From a bacterium (GTDB lineage Bacteria; UBA8248): DNA of 64,000 nucleotides. The position numbers and the translations under genes were made by a program. The stretch is taken from positions 384,001-448,000 of the forward strand of contig OZ241996.1 of assembly GCA_965204535.1 (NCBI GenBank), written 5' to 3'. Positions 1 through 10,300 of this stretch are shown piece after piece. The notes below the pieces were generated by a model that worked only from the letters and a program-made list of their open reading frames with translations, was not told the origin of the DNA and searched no databases. How positions within the stretch are numbered: position 1 is the stretch's first letter; each line of letters opens with the position of its first letter.

Positions 1-21
1 AAATCTGAAGAGGAAGCATGA
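1..21 (+). CDS. 3' end of the upstream gene (KSEEEA*), probably acyl carrier protein
   Basis: Frame 1 reads AAA TCT GAA GAG GAA GCA TGA, with an ATGA overlap onto the fabF start. acpP-fabF-rnc is a common order, so the identity rests on context only. Confidence 0.3.
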   Translation, partial: KSEEEA

Positions 22-1295
22 ATAATCAAGATTTGGTGAAGTCGGATGTTCGGGTCGTCGTCACCGGGCTCGGATTGCTTACGCCGCTGGGCTTGTCGGT
101 GGAGGAAAACTGGGAAGCCTTGATGCAGGGCCGCTCGGGCATCGGAAAAGTGTCGCGCTTTTCTCCGGATCGGATCGCCTCGCGGATTTGCGGCGAAATA
201 AAAGGTTTCGAGCCCGAAAATTATATTTCCCGCAAAGAACTCAAGAAGATGGATACTTTCATCCAGTACGCTCTTGCGGCCTCTCAAATGGCCTTCGATG
301 ATGCTGGACTGGAAGCGCCGGACGAGGAAACGGCGCCGCGATACGGCACCATCATCGGTGTGGGTTTGGGCGGTTTGCCCGCCATCGAGGCCAACAAGGA
401 ATTAATACAAACCAGAGAGCCGACGCGCATCAGTCCCTTCTTCATCCCCATGTTGGTGGGGAACTTGGCCGCCGGCCAGATTTCGATACGCTGGGGACTG
501 AAGGGGCCGAACATTTGCACGACCACGGCGTGCGCATCCGGGAATCACGCCATCGGGGACGCGATGAAGTGCATTCAGCGCGGCCTGGTGGATGTCATGG
601 TGGCCGGTGGCAGTGAGTCTTGTATCACGGAGTTGGCCATGGCGGGATTTTGCGCGATGCGAGCGCTCAGCACGCGTAACGACGACCCCGAGGGGGCGAG
701 TCGCCCTTTTGATACGGGCAGGGATGGATTCGTGATGGCGGAGGGGGCGGGCGTCATGATCTTGGAGCGCTATGAGCGCGCCGTGGCGCGGGGCGCGAAG
801 ATTTACGCCGAACTCAGTGGTTATGGCCTCACTTCCGACGCCCATCACATCACCTCTCCGGACCCCGGCGGTGACGGGGCGGCCCGCTGCATGGACATGG
901 CGCTGAATGATGCGGGACTCAAGCCCGAGGAGGTGGATTACATCAACGCGCATGGCACATCCACCGGTGCGGGAGACAGACTCGAAACGACAGCCATCAA
1001 AAGAACATTCGGCGAGCATGCCTACAAACTGAGTGTCAGTTCCACGAAATCCATGACCGGACATCTTCTGGGTGCGGCGGGAGGCGTGGAATCGGTTTAC
1101 ACCATCCTGGCGCTCAAGAACCAGTGTATTCCTCCCACGATTAACCTGGACACTCCAGATCCGGAATGCGACCTCGACTATGTGCCCAACTCTGCCCGGA
1201 AAGCGGACATCGGCTGTGCCATCACAAACTCGTTCGGCTTCGGGGGAACCAACGCGTCGCTCTTATTCAGGAAAGCGGAAAGCAACGCAGCTTAG
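18..1295 (+). CDS. fabF: 3-oxoacyl-ACP synthase II
   Basis: VVVTGLG N-terminus, TTACASG catalytic Cys, INAHGTST and GHLLGAAG His motifs, NSFGFGG C-terminus. Confidence 0.97.
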   Translation: MNNQDLVKSDVRVVVTGLGLLTPLGLSVEENWEALMQGRSGIGKVSRFSPDRIASRICGEIKGFEPENYISRKELKKMDTFIQYALAASQMAFDDAGLEAPDEETAPRYGTIIGVGLGGLPAIEANKELIQTREPTRISPFFIPMLVGNLAAGQISIRWGLKGPNICTTTACASGNHAIGDAMKCIQRGLVDVMVAGGSESCITELAMAGFCAMRALSTRNDDPEGASRPFDTGRDGFVMAEGAGVMILERYERAVARGAKIYAELSGYGLTSDAHHITSPDPGGDGAARCMDMALNDAGLKPEEVDYINAHGTSTGAGDRLETTAIKRTFGEHAYKLSVSSTKSMTGHLLGAAGGVESVYTILALKNQCIPPTINLDTPDPECDLDYVPNSARKADIGCAITNSFGFGGTNASLLFRKAESNAA

Positions 1296-1359
1296 CAAGA
1301 GAGGCTCCCCCATCCACAGAAACGGGAAAGTCTCCGGTTTCGGTGCCAGGGGTGTTACC

Positions 1360-2046
1360 TTGGCCGAAATCGAAGCCGAGATCGGTTATTCGTTTTCGAA
1401 CAGGGAACTTCTCGTCCGGGCCCTGACGCACCGCTCTTTTTCGCAAGAAAGTTCAATTCCCACTCTGGATAATGAGCGGCTGGAATTTTTGGGCGATGCC
1501 GTCTTGCAACTTATCGTGACGGAAAAGCTCTGGAAGGATTTTCCGACGGATGATGAGGGTGTTTTGACCCATATGCGTTCAGAACGGGTGAATGGCCGCT
1601 CTTTGGCGGGAATTTTCAGGCGCCGGGGGTTGGGCAATTTCCTTCGTTTGGGTAAGGGGGAGGAGAAAACGGGTGGCCGGCAAAAGCCCTCCATCCAGGC
1701 GGGAGCAGTCGAGGCGCTGGTCGGCGCCATATATCTCGATGCCGGTTACACCCGTTGCGTTCAGTGGGCGGAATCATGGTTCTGGGCTGCGGGCTTGAAT
1801 GAAAAAGATGTCCTGTCCCAGGATTTCAAGAGCCAACTCCAGCGATTGGCTCAAAGAAATGGAAATAAGCCCCCCGGTTATCGTCTGGTTCGAGAGAGTG
1901 GTCCCGAGCACGAAAAAGAATTCGAAGTGGAAGTCCGCCTTGGTCGGAAGGTGCTGGGACGGGGGCAGGGCACGACCAAAAAGGCGGCCGAGCAAGTAGC
2001 TGCGAAAGAAGCGGTTCATAAGATTGAGGAAGCCTGGCAACCGTGA
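1360..2046 (+). CDS. rnc: Ribonuclease III (start probably TTG 1360; the track ORF from 1072 overlaps fabF)
   Basis: ALTHRS, signature NERLEFLGDAVL, EALVGAIYLDAG, C-terminal dsRBD (DFKSQLQ...GPEHEKEF...KKAAEQ). Confidence 0.95.
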   Translation: MAEIEAEIGYSFSNRELLVRALTHRSFSQESSIPTLDNERLEFLGDAVLQLIVTEKLWKDFPTDDEGVLTHMRSERVNGRSLAGIFRRRGLGNFLRLGKGEEKTGGRQKPSIQAGAVEALVGAIYLDAGYTRCVQWAESWFWAAGLNEKDVLSQDFKSQLQRLAQRNGNKPPGYRLVRESGPEHEKEFEVEVRLGRKVLGRGQGTTKKAAEQVAAKEAVHKIEEAWQP

Positions 2047-2176
2047 GTTTCCGGAATGCGATATTTTGCTTTACGAATGCAGGGGAATTCTGGTAAGTTA
2101 TTGATTCCTGCCGCCCTGGTAGTGTCCTACACCGCCCCCTGATAATGAAAGTTCATCCGCCCGCCGAGGTGTTGAA

Positions 2177-5100
2177 TTGCGATTCCAACGCTTGGAGATG
2201 CAGGGGTTCAAGTCTTTCGTTGAAAAGACCGTAATCGAAATTGGCGAGGGCCTTACGGCTGTGGTCGGGCCCAACGGGTGCGGCAAAAGCAATGTGTGTG
2301 ACGCCGTCAGGTGGGTTCTGGGTGAGCAGGCTCCCAAGAACATGCGCTCGAAGAAGATGGAGGATGTCATCTTCAACGGCAGCGCCGAGCGCAAACAGCA
2401 CGGGATGTCCGAGGTCTCGCTTACCGTCACCGATCTCAAGGGCGTGGTGACCTCTCCCGCGTTCAGGGATTTTGACGAGGTGGTGGTCACCCGCCGCCTG
2501 TATCGCTCGGGAGAAAGTGAATATCTCATCAATCGCAATCCTTGCCGCCTCAAGGACATCGTCGATTTGTTTCTCGATACCGGTGTTTCTCTCGATACTT
2601 TCTCCATCGTGGAGCAGGGCAAGATAGAAACCCTCGTGAACGCGAGACCCATGGACAGGCGCGTTCTGATTGAAGAAGCCGCCGGCATCATGAAATACAA
2701 GAGCAGGCGAAACGAAGCGTTGCGCAAACTGGAGCTTGCGCAGGCGAATCTGCTCCGTGTGGCCGACATCATGCGCGAGAAGGAATCCCGTCTCCGCTCC
2801 TTGCGACGCCAGGCGAGAAAGGCGACTTTTCATAAGGAATATCAAACCGAGGTTGCCGATCTTTCTCAAAGAATCATGGCGCTCGACTACCTGAAACATG
2901 TGGAAAAACTTGTTCCGGCGGAAAAAGCGTATGCTCGCGTCAAAGAAGAAGAGCAAACGGTGTCGGCGAAATTGTCTTCTCTCGAAGCCGAAAGGGAGAG
3001 CGGGCGTATTTTGCTGAGGGAGCGTTCAGAGGCTTTGGTGGAATCCCGCCAACGTGCGACGAAGTTGGAGGGGAGCCTGGAGCGTCTGGAGACTCGAATC
3101 GAGATGCTGAAGAACCATCTCGCGGAACTCGACGTGGACGATGAGCGCCGCGCGGAGGAAATCCGGACGCTCGACGTTGAAATCGCGGCCTTTGAAAATG
3201 AAAGAGTCGAGCTTGCCGCAACCCTCGAGATGCTCACGGAACAATCGCGCGTTGCGCGCCAGGAATATGACGTCAGCGCGGCGGAGTTGGCCGCCGTTCG
3301 CGAGAACCTGAAAGAATTCGAACGGGCGCTTGATGAGGCCAGGCGCGCCCAAGAGGAGGAAAGAGAGCGCTTGAGCGCGGCGCGTCAGCAAATCGCCTCG
3401 GTGGAATCGAGGCGCGAAGGACTGGCTGAATCCATGGAAAAAACCGGCGACGAGATCAAGGAGGTCAAGCGCCAACTCGAATCGACCCGAACCGACGCAG
3501 GTGGTGCGAGAAGCCGGCTGGAATCGCTGGTTGCATCTGAAGGCCAGGCGAAACTGGAACTTGAGCAGGCCATGTCTGAGTGTGCGCGGACTTCCGAGTT
3601 GGCGGCCCGCCATGAAGAATCCGTGGCTGGTGCGAAAGAATCGTTGATGGAGGCGCGCTCCGCCCTCTCCGCCTTGGAGGGTGTTTTGGGTTCCGGGGAG
3701 AGCGGAATCTCGGATGCGGAAGCGTTCAGAGCTTGTGGTGCTCAAGTTCTGGCGTCTTTCTCCGAAGTCATTCGTGTAGATCCGAAATTCGAAAAAGCCA
3801 TCGAAACCGCCCTTGGGGACAAGTTGTTGGGCGTGGTCGTGAATACCCCCGGCGACGCGGTGGACGCGGTTCGCGCGCTGATGGGTTCGGAAGCCGGGCG
3901 AGGTGTAGCCCTGCCGATTGGAGTCGATGCCCAGCCGGGCGCCGTCGTCCCGTTGGGAGAGGGCGTTCTGGGCGCGGCGACGGATTTTGTTCGTTGTGAC
4001 ATGCGTTATCGCCATCTCGCTCAGTCGCTGCTCGGCAATGTTGTCGTGGTGGAAGACATCGATGCCGCGCAGGCGGCATGGTGCAACGGGCCCCAAGGCA
4101 TCGTTTGCGTGACTTTGAATGGAGAAATTATCCATGCGAATGGTGTGGTGGAAGGCGGTTTGACCCGGAACGAGGGCCTTTTGGAGCGTTCGAGAAGGTG
4201 TGAGGAAATGCGCCTGAAGGTTGAGCATTTTGAGGCGCAACTTCGTGAATTGGAGCCGATTTCCCGGAAATTGAGCGGGCAACTCGCGAAAGCGGAGCAA
4301 AGAAGCCGCCATGCGACCGAGGCGTATCAGCGGGCTGAGGTGATGCGCGTGGAGGCGGAGGGAGCCCTCCGGGCAGCGGAAGGCAGGCACGAAGAGTTGA
4401 ATACACGGCTGGCCACGCTCGAAGCTGCGCAAAAGCAAATACGCGATGAGCAGACGCGTCTCATGGAGGCTCTCCAAACGGTCAAGGACGAAAGCCTTGG
4501 TTTGGAAGAAACAATTCGGGAATTCAGCTTGCGTATCCACGAAATCGAGAAAAAGGTGAGCGGCGCCGGCCTGCGGTACTCGGAGGTGGAAGCGCGTGTG
4601 ACGGACAAGAAAGTCGCCTTGACGGAAATCAACGGGCAGGTGGCCGGCGGCCAGGCCGAAGTCCAGCGGATAGAAGACGGGATATCCCAGAATGCGGCTC
4701 GCAAGACTCGCAGGGAAGAAGAGCAGCGCGAATCGAGAGAAAAAAGAGAGCGTCTTCAGGAGAGCGTTGCGCAGAGCGAAGAGGGAATACTCGCTCTTCA
4801 GGATGAAAAAGCGGATGTTACAGCCGAATTGGCGGAGCGTGATCGCGTTTTACAGGAGATGCAATCGCGCGATGAGGAACTGGCGGATTCGATTCGCGAT
4901 ATGAAAACCAGAGCCTCTCTTCTGAGCGATGAAGTTCGAGCGGCGGCGGAGCGGCGGACGACGCTTCGCGTGCAACGGGAAACTATGAAGGAATCCGCCG
5001 AAGCGGAATATCAGGTGAATCTCGAGGAGACGGCGGAGAACTGGCGGGAAGAACTTCCCCGGTACCAAGAGATTGTGAATCGCCTGGAGATGCTGAACCA

Positions 5101-5764
5101 AAGGCTTTGCAAGATGGGTGAGGTGAACCCTCTGGCCGCGCAGGAATACGATGAAATCAACCAGGAATATGTGTTTTTGCAGGAACAACAGCAGGATCTC
5201 GAAAACTCCATCGCCGACCTCCACGCTACGATCGAGAAGTTGAACAAGACGACGAAATCCCGCTTCCTGGCGGCGTTCGAGGAGGTGGGTAGCGCCTTTT
5301 CGGACATTTTCGGACGTCTTTTCCAGGGAGGGGAGGCGCGCATGTTCCTGCTTGATCCGGATGACCCGCTGGAGACGGGCGTCGACATCGAGGTGAGACC
5401 ACCGGGCAAGCGTCCTTCGAACATCATGCTCCTCTCCGCCGGGGAGAAAGCGCTCACCGCCATTTCTCTTTTGTTCGCGGTCTTCAGCGTCCGGCCGAGT
5501 CCGTTTTGTATCCTCGACGAGGTGGACGCCACCCTCGATGACGCCAACGTCGGACGTTTTCGCGAAGTACTGGCCGAACTCGAGGATAGAAGCCAGTTCA
5601 TCATCATCACCCATAACAAAAAGACCATGTCGTACGCGAATCACCTCTACGGCGTTACGCAAAGAGAAAAAGGCGTTTCAGAAATCGTCTCGGTAAAGTT
5701 GAGCCGCGAGGATGAGAGGGTAAACGGCGTAGGAGAAGCGGTGCTGGAAACGAGTGTGTCGTAG
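2177..5764 (+). CDS. smc: Chromosome segregation protein SMC
   Basis: GFKSF, Walker A GPNGCGKSN, long coiled coils, hinge, LSAGEK signature, Walker B ILDEVDA, QFIIITH. Confidence 0.96.
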   Translation: MRFQRLEMQGFKSFVEKTVIEIGEGLTAVVGPNGCGKSNVCDAVRWVLGEQAPKNMRSKKMEDVIFNGSAERKQHGMSEVSLTVTDLKGVVTSPAFRDFDEVVVTRRLYRSGESEYLINRNPCRLKDIVDLFLDTGVSLDTFSIVEQGKIETLVNARPMDRRVLIEEAAGIMKYKSRRNEALRKLELAQANLLRVADIMREKESRLRSLRRQARKATFHKEYQTEVADLSQRIMALDYLKHVEKLVPAEKAYARVKEEEQTVSAKLSSLEAERESGRILLRERSEALVESRQRATKLEGSLERLETRIEMLKNHLAELDVDDERRAEEIRTLDVEIAAFENERVELAATLEMLTEQSRVARQEYDVSAAELAAVRENLKEFERALDEARRAQEEERERLSAARQQIASVESRREGLAESMEKTGDEIKEVKRQLESTRTDAGGARSRLESLVASEGQAKLELEQAMSECARTSELAARHEESVAGAKESLMEARSALSALEGVLGSGESGISDAEAFRACGAQVLASFSEVIRVDPKFEKAIETALGDKLLGVVVNTPGDAVDAVRALMGSEAGRGVALPIGVDAQPGAVVPLGEGVLGAATDFVRCDMRYRHLAQSLLGNVVVVEDIDAAQAAWCNGPQGIVCVTLNGEIIHANGVVEGGLTRNEGLLERSRRCEEMRLKVEHFEAQLRELEPISRKLSGQLAKAEQRSRHATEAYQRAEVMRVEAEGALRAAEGRHEELNTRLATLEAAQKQIRDEQTRLMEALQTVKDESLGLEETIREFSLRIHEIEKKVSGAGLRYSEVEARVTDKKVALTEINGQVAGGQAEVQRIEDGISQNAARKTRREEEQRESREKRERLQESVAQSEEGILALQDEKADVTAELAERDRVLQEMQSRDEELADSIRDMKTRASLLSDEVRAAAERRTTLRVQRETMKESAEAEYQVNLEETAENWREELPRYQEIVNRLEMLNQRLCKMGEVNPLAAQEYDEINQEYVFLQEQQQDLENSIADLHATIEKLNKTTKSRFLAAFEEVGSAFSDIFGRLFQGGEARMFLLDPDDPLETGVDIEVRPPGKRPSNIMLLSAGEKALTAISLLFAVFSVRPSPFCILDEVDATLDDANVGRFREVLAELEDRSQFIIITHNKKTMSYANHLYGVTQREKGVSEIVSVKLSREDERVNGVGEAVLETSVS

Positions 5765-5802
5765 CATCGTCCCGTACATTCACGAAAGGTCTCGTTGAAG
5801 AT

Positions 5803-5837
5803 GACCCCGGCGCACTGTCGCCGGGGTTCGTTTGTTT
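5803..5837 (+). terminator. Hairpin with T-rich tail between smc and ftsY
   Basis: GACCCCGGCG-cactgt-CGCCGGGGTT followed by cgtttgttt. Confidence 0.55.
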
Positions 5838-5862
5838 GGCGCAGGTCGAGGAAAGCCCTTTG

Positions 5863-6819
5863 ATGTCTGGTTCCGGGCAGCAGAAAAATTCAGAGAGAGA
5901 TAGCGGCGCAAAAGGCTGGTTCGGCAGATTGCGTGACGGCCTCTCGAAGACGAGAGGTGGTTTTCTCGCGCAAGTGAAGGGTTTGGTCGCGGGACGCATC
6001 GATGAGGATACGCTCGAGGAGTTGGAAGAAGTTCTCTACATGGCGGATTTGGGTCCCTCTCTCGTCGAGTCGCTGCTGGGGAAATTGAAAGCGGGGCAGG
6101 GCGCGGGGTCGGACCCGCAGACGCGCGTTCAGGAAATCATGCGCTCTTGTCTTGAAAACCCTGAATCCCCGCCTGCGTTTGCGCCGAAGGAGCCTGCGGC
6201 GGACGAGCCCAGAATCATTTTTCTGGTGGGCGTCAACGGCGTGGGCAAGACGACGACGGCCGGCAAGCTCGCATCGCGGTATTCCGCCGAAAAACTTAAA
6301 GTTATGCTCGCGGCGGGGGATACGTTCCGGGCCGCAGCCGGTGAGCAGTTGACGGCATGGGCCGAGCGGAGCGGATGCGAAATCATCCGCCACAAAGAGG
6401 GAGCGGATTCGTCCGCCGTGGTGTACGACGCCGTTCAGGCGGCGAAGGCGCGCGGCGCCGATGTGTTGCTCGTGGATACGGCGGGGCGCTTGCACACGAA
6501 ACACAATCTCATGGAGGAACTCAAAAAGCTCAGGCGCGTCACGGGGCGCCTCGTTGACACGGCGCCCCATGAGGTGCTGCTCGTATTGGACGCGACATCC
6601 GGGCAGAACGTCCTCTCCCAGGTGCGGGAATTCGCCCCGGCCCTGGGCGTGACGGGCCTGGTGCTCACCAAGCTCGACGGCACGGCCAAGGGCGGCGTGG
6701 CGCTGGGCGCCACTTACGAGAGCGGCATACCGATAAGGTACGTCGGCGTGGGTGAGGCGGCGGAAGACCTCATCGATTTCGACGCGGATGCCTTCATCGA
6801 GGCGATCTTCGGCGGGTAG
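5863..6819 (+). CDS. ftsY: Signal recognition particle receptor FtsY (alternative start TTG 5836)
   Basis: GVNGVGKTTT, AGDTFRAAA, DTAGRLH, TKLDGTAKGG, GVGE. Confidence 0.96.
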   Translation: MSGSGQQKNSERDSGAKGWFGRLRDGLSKTRGGFLAQVKGLVAGRIDEDTLEELEEVLYMADLGPSLVESLLGKLKAGQGAGSDPQTRVQEIMRSCLENPESPPAFAPKEPAADEPRIIFLVGVNGVGKTTTAGKLASRYSAEKLKVMLAAGDTFRAAAGEQLTAWAERSGCEIIRHKEGADSSAVVYDAVQAAKARGADVLLVDTAGRLHTKHNLMEELKKLRRVTGRLVDTAPHEVLLVLDATSGQNVLSQVREFAPALGVTGLVLTKLDGTAKGGVALGATYESGIPIRYVGVGEAAEDLIDFDADAFIEAIFGG

Positions 6820-6852
6820 CGCCTCCGAACGCCCGCCCGGGGGATTATCATC

Positions 6853-7289
6853 CCCGCAAATCCCCCGCATTTGCCCGCATTTGGCGTTACCGGGCTTGGA
6901 CCCGTGCGGGGCAGAATCGGGCGCGCGAACGGGAGGAGTTCCGATGGACCTGGGCAGGAAGGATTTGGAAAAAGCAAAGCGAACGGACCCGGCGTTTTCC
7001 GCGCGATGGGAATTCCTGAAAAATACGATAAATATCGATAAATTGACGGGGTTTTCCTGTAAATTTCTGACTATGCAAATGACTGTAATCAAAAGGGTTA
7101 TCATATAAATCTTAGCGCCGCGCACTCAGATCCGGCGGTGAAAAAAGTTTTTCAGGCGCCACCGCATTTGCCCGCAACTGCCCGCATCTGCGCGCCGAAC
7201 GAGCCGGTCGGCTTCCCGAGCATACCGGAGTCCGCTCAATCCGCGCAGGCGGGGAATGCGGGACAAATACGCGCCTCGCATGATGCGGG
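6853..7289. repeat. Two clusters of ~10-bp-periodic CCCGCA repeats with inverted TGCGGG copies, flanking an AT-rich core
   Basis: CCCGCA at 6853, 6864, 6874; (A/C)CCGCA at 7161, 7171, 7181; exact 15-mer CCGCATTTGCCCGCA at 6865-6879 and 7162-7176; TGCGGG at 6905, 7257, 7284. Confidence 0.7.
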
Positions 7290-7322
7290 TGGGGCGGTCG
7301 TTTTTCGGGATGCGCCGGCGCG

Positions 7323-10300
7323 TCAGGCGTCGCCGACGACGACGAGGAGGTCCTTGGTGTCGACCGTGGTGCCGACCGGCGCGACGACCTTCTCGATAAC
7401 GCCGCCGCGTTCGGCGCGGATGACGGTTTCCATCTTCATCGCCTCGATCGCCACCAGCACGTCGCCCTCATCGACCGCCTCGCCCTCATGGAAGAACACC
7501 TTGGTCACCATCCCCGGCATCGGCGCGCCGAGGTGGCCGGGGTCGCCTTCCTCGGCCTTGGGCAGCGCCGTGGCTGCCGCGGCGGCGCTGCGGTCGGCGA
7601 TGCGCACCGTCCGGGGCTGCCCGTTCAGCTCGAAGAAGACCGTGCATTCGCCCTTGCTGTCGGTCTCGCTGCGCGCGAGATAGCGGATGAACAGGGTGCG
7701 CCCGCGCTCGATGTCGACGGCGACCTCCTCGCCCGGCTCCATGCCGTAGAAATACACCGGCGTGGGCAGAACGCTGACGTCGCCGTATTGGCGCCGCGCG
7801 GCCGCGTAGTCGGTGAAAACCTGCGGGTACATGAGCCAGGAGGCGAACTCGGCGTCGCTGATCGGGCGCCGGGCGTCCTTTTCGGCCTCCTCGCGGGAGG
7901 CCTCGAGATCGGCGTCGGGCAGCACCGAACCGGGCCGCACGGTGATCGGCTCTCTGTCTTTGAGTATCTTCTCCTGCAGGGCGCGCGGGAAGCCGCCGTG
8001 CGGCTGCCCCAGTTCGCCCGCGAACAGCGAGACCACCGATTCGGGGAAGGCGATCTCGCGCTCGGGGTCGGCCACGTCCTCGGGCGTCAACCCGCCCGTC
8101 ACCATCATCAGCGCCATGTCGCCGACCACCTTCGAAGACGGCGTGACCTTCACGATGTCGCCGAACATCCGGTTGACCTCGGCGAAGGCCCGCGAGACCT
8201 CCGGCCAGCGCTGGTTGTCGATGCCCAGCGCGCGCGCCTGCTCGCGCAGGTTGGTGTACTGGCCGCCCGGGATTCCGTGGTTGTAGACGTCCGACGTGCC
8301 CGCGCGGAACTCGCTCTCGAAGGCGCGGTATTGGTTGCGCACCTGCTCCCAGTAGGTGGACATCGTCATCACCGTATCGGCGTCGATTCCGGGGTCGCGC
8401 TCGGAGTGGCGCAAGGCCGCGGTGATCGAGCCGAAGCTCGGCTGCGATGTGAGCCCGCTCATCGAATCCATCGCCGCATCCACCGCGTCGACCCCGGCCT
8501 CGGCGGCGGCGAGCACGCTGGCCGCTGAAATCCCGCTGGTGTCGTGGGTGTGGAAGTGGATGGGGATGCCGATCTCCCCCTTTAAGGTCTCGACGAGGAG
8601 TCGGGCCGCCGCGGGCTTGCACAGGCCCGCCATGTCCTTGAGCCCCAGGATGTGGGCGCCCGCGTCCTCGAGCTCGCGGGCGAGCGCGACGTAGTATTTG
8701 AGGTCGTACTTGGTGAGGCCCGGGTCGGTGATGTCGCCGGTGTAGCAGATCGCCGCCTCGCAGAGCTTGCCGGTCTCCAGCACGGCGTCCATCGCCGGGC
8801 GCATGTTCTCGACCCAGTTGAGCGAATCGAAGATGCGGAAGATGTCGACCCCGTTCTCGGCCGACTGCTGTACGAAATAGCGCACCACGTTGTCGGGATA
8901 GGTGGTGTAGCCGACGCCGTTCGACGCGCGCAGCAGCATCTGGGTCAGGAGGTTGGGCATCGCGGCGCGCAGCCGCTCCAGCCACGCCCAGGGGCATTCG
9001 TTCAGAAAGCGCATCGCCACGTCGAAGGTCGCGCCGCCCCAGCATTCGACCGAGAAAAGCTGCGGCAGCAGCCGCGCATAGGCCGGCGCGACCGCGATGA
9101 GGTCGTAGCTCCGGACCCGCGTCGCCAGCAAGGATTGGTGCGCGTCCCGGAACGTGGTGTCGGTCATCAGCACCCGATCCTGATCGAGCATCCACCGGGC
9201 GAAAGCCTCAGGGCCGAGCTCATCGAGCAACTGGCGCGAACCGTCCGGAATATCGACGCCGACCGCTTCGGGCGCGCTCGGAATCAGGCGCGTCGGCGGT
9301 TCGGGCCGTCCCTCGACGGCGGCGTTGCCGTTCACGATCACCTCTCCCAGATAGCGCAGCAGCCGGGTCGCGCGGTCGCGTCTGTAGGCGAAGGTGAACA
9401 GCTCGGGCGTCTCGTCGACGAAGCGCGTCGTGCAGGCGCCCTCGAGGAACTGCGGATGACCGATGACGTTCTCCAGAAAGGCGAGATTGGTGGCGACGCC
9501 GCGGATGCGGAATTCGACAATCGCCCGCCTCATCCGCCGGATCGCCTCTTCGAACGTCGGCGCCCAGGCTGTCACCTTCTCGAGCAGCGAGTCGTAATAC
9601 GGCGTGATCCGCGCGCCCGAATAGGCGGTGCCGCCGTCCAGCCGCACGCCGAACCCGGTGGCGCCGCGGTAGGCGGTGAGCACGCCGTAATCGGGGATGA
9701 AATTGTTCTCTGGGTCCTCGGTGGTCACCCGGCATTGCATGGCGTGGCCGTTCACCCGAATCTCGTCCTGGTTCGGGATGCCGCTCTCGGGCGCGCCGAT
9801 GGCAGCTCCGCCTGCGATGCGGATCTGCGCCTGCACGAGGTCGACGCCGGTCACCACCTCGGTGACCGTGTGCTCGACCTGGATGCGGGGATTGACTTCG
9901 ATGAAGTGGAACGAGCCCGTGTCGTCGTCGACCAGGAACTCGACGGTGCCGGCGTTGTTGTAGCCCACCGCGCGGCCGATCTTGAGTGCGCTCTCGTGGA
10001 TCGCCGAGCGAGTCGCCGCATCGAGATAGTGCGCCGGCGCTTGCTCGACGATCTTCTGGTTGCGCCGCTGCACCGAGCAGTCCCGCTCGTGAAGGTGCAC
10101 CAGATTGCCGTGATTGTCGCCGAGAATCTGGACCTCGACGTGGCGCGCGCGGCGAATCAGTTTTTCGAGATAGACCTCGTCGTTGCCGAACGCCGCCAGG
10201 CACTCGCGCCGCGCGGCCTCGACCTCGTCGGCGAACTCGGCTTCGCTCTCGATCGTGCGCATGCCGCGTCCGCCGCCGCCCCAGCTCGCCTTGAGCATGA

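Noticed and set aside
1072-1359. N-terminal extension on RNase III (likewise uvrC 15801, lpxI 32541 and ABC ATPase 56875)
   Set aside because: The extensions overlap upstream genes in another frame, and family homology starts at the later start codons.
2047-2176. Possible riboswitch or structured RNA between rnc and smc
   Set aside because: I could not match the conserved elements of any riboswitch I know on either strand.
5428-5450. SMC signature LSAGE instead of LSGGE
   Set aside because: A single conservative change; all other ATPase motifs are intact.
7081-7110. dif-like site in the AT-rich core (TTATCATATAAAT)
   Set aside because: Only a loose resemblance to the XerD arm, with no XerC arm at the right spacing.
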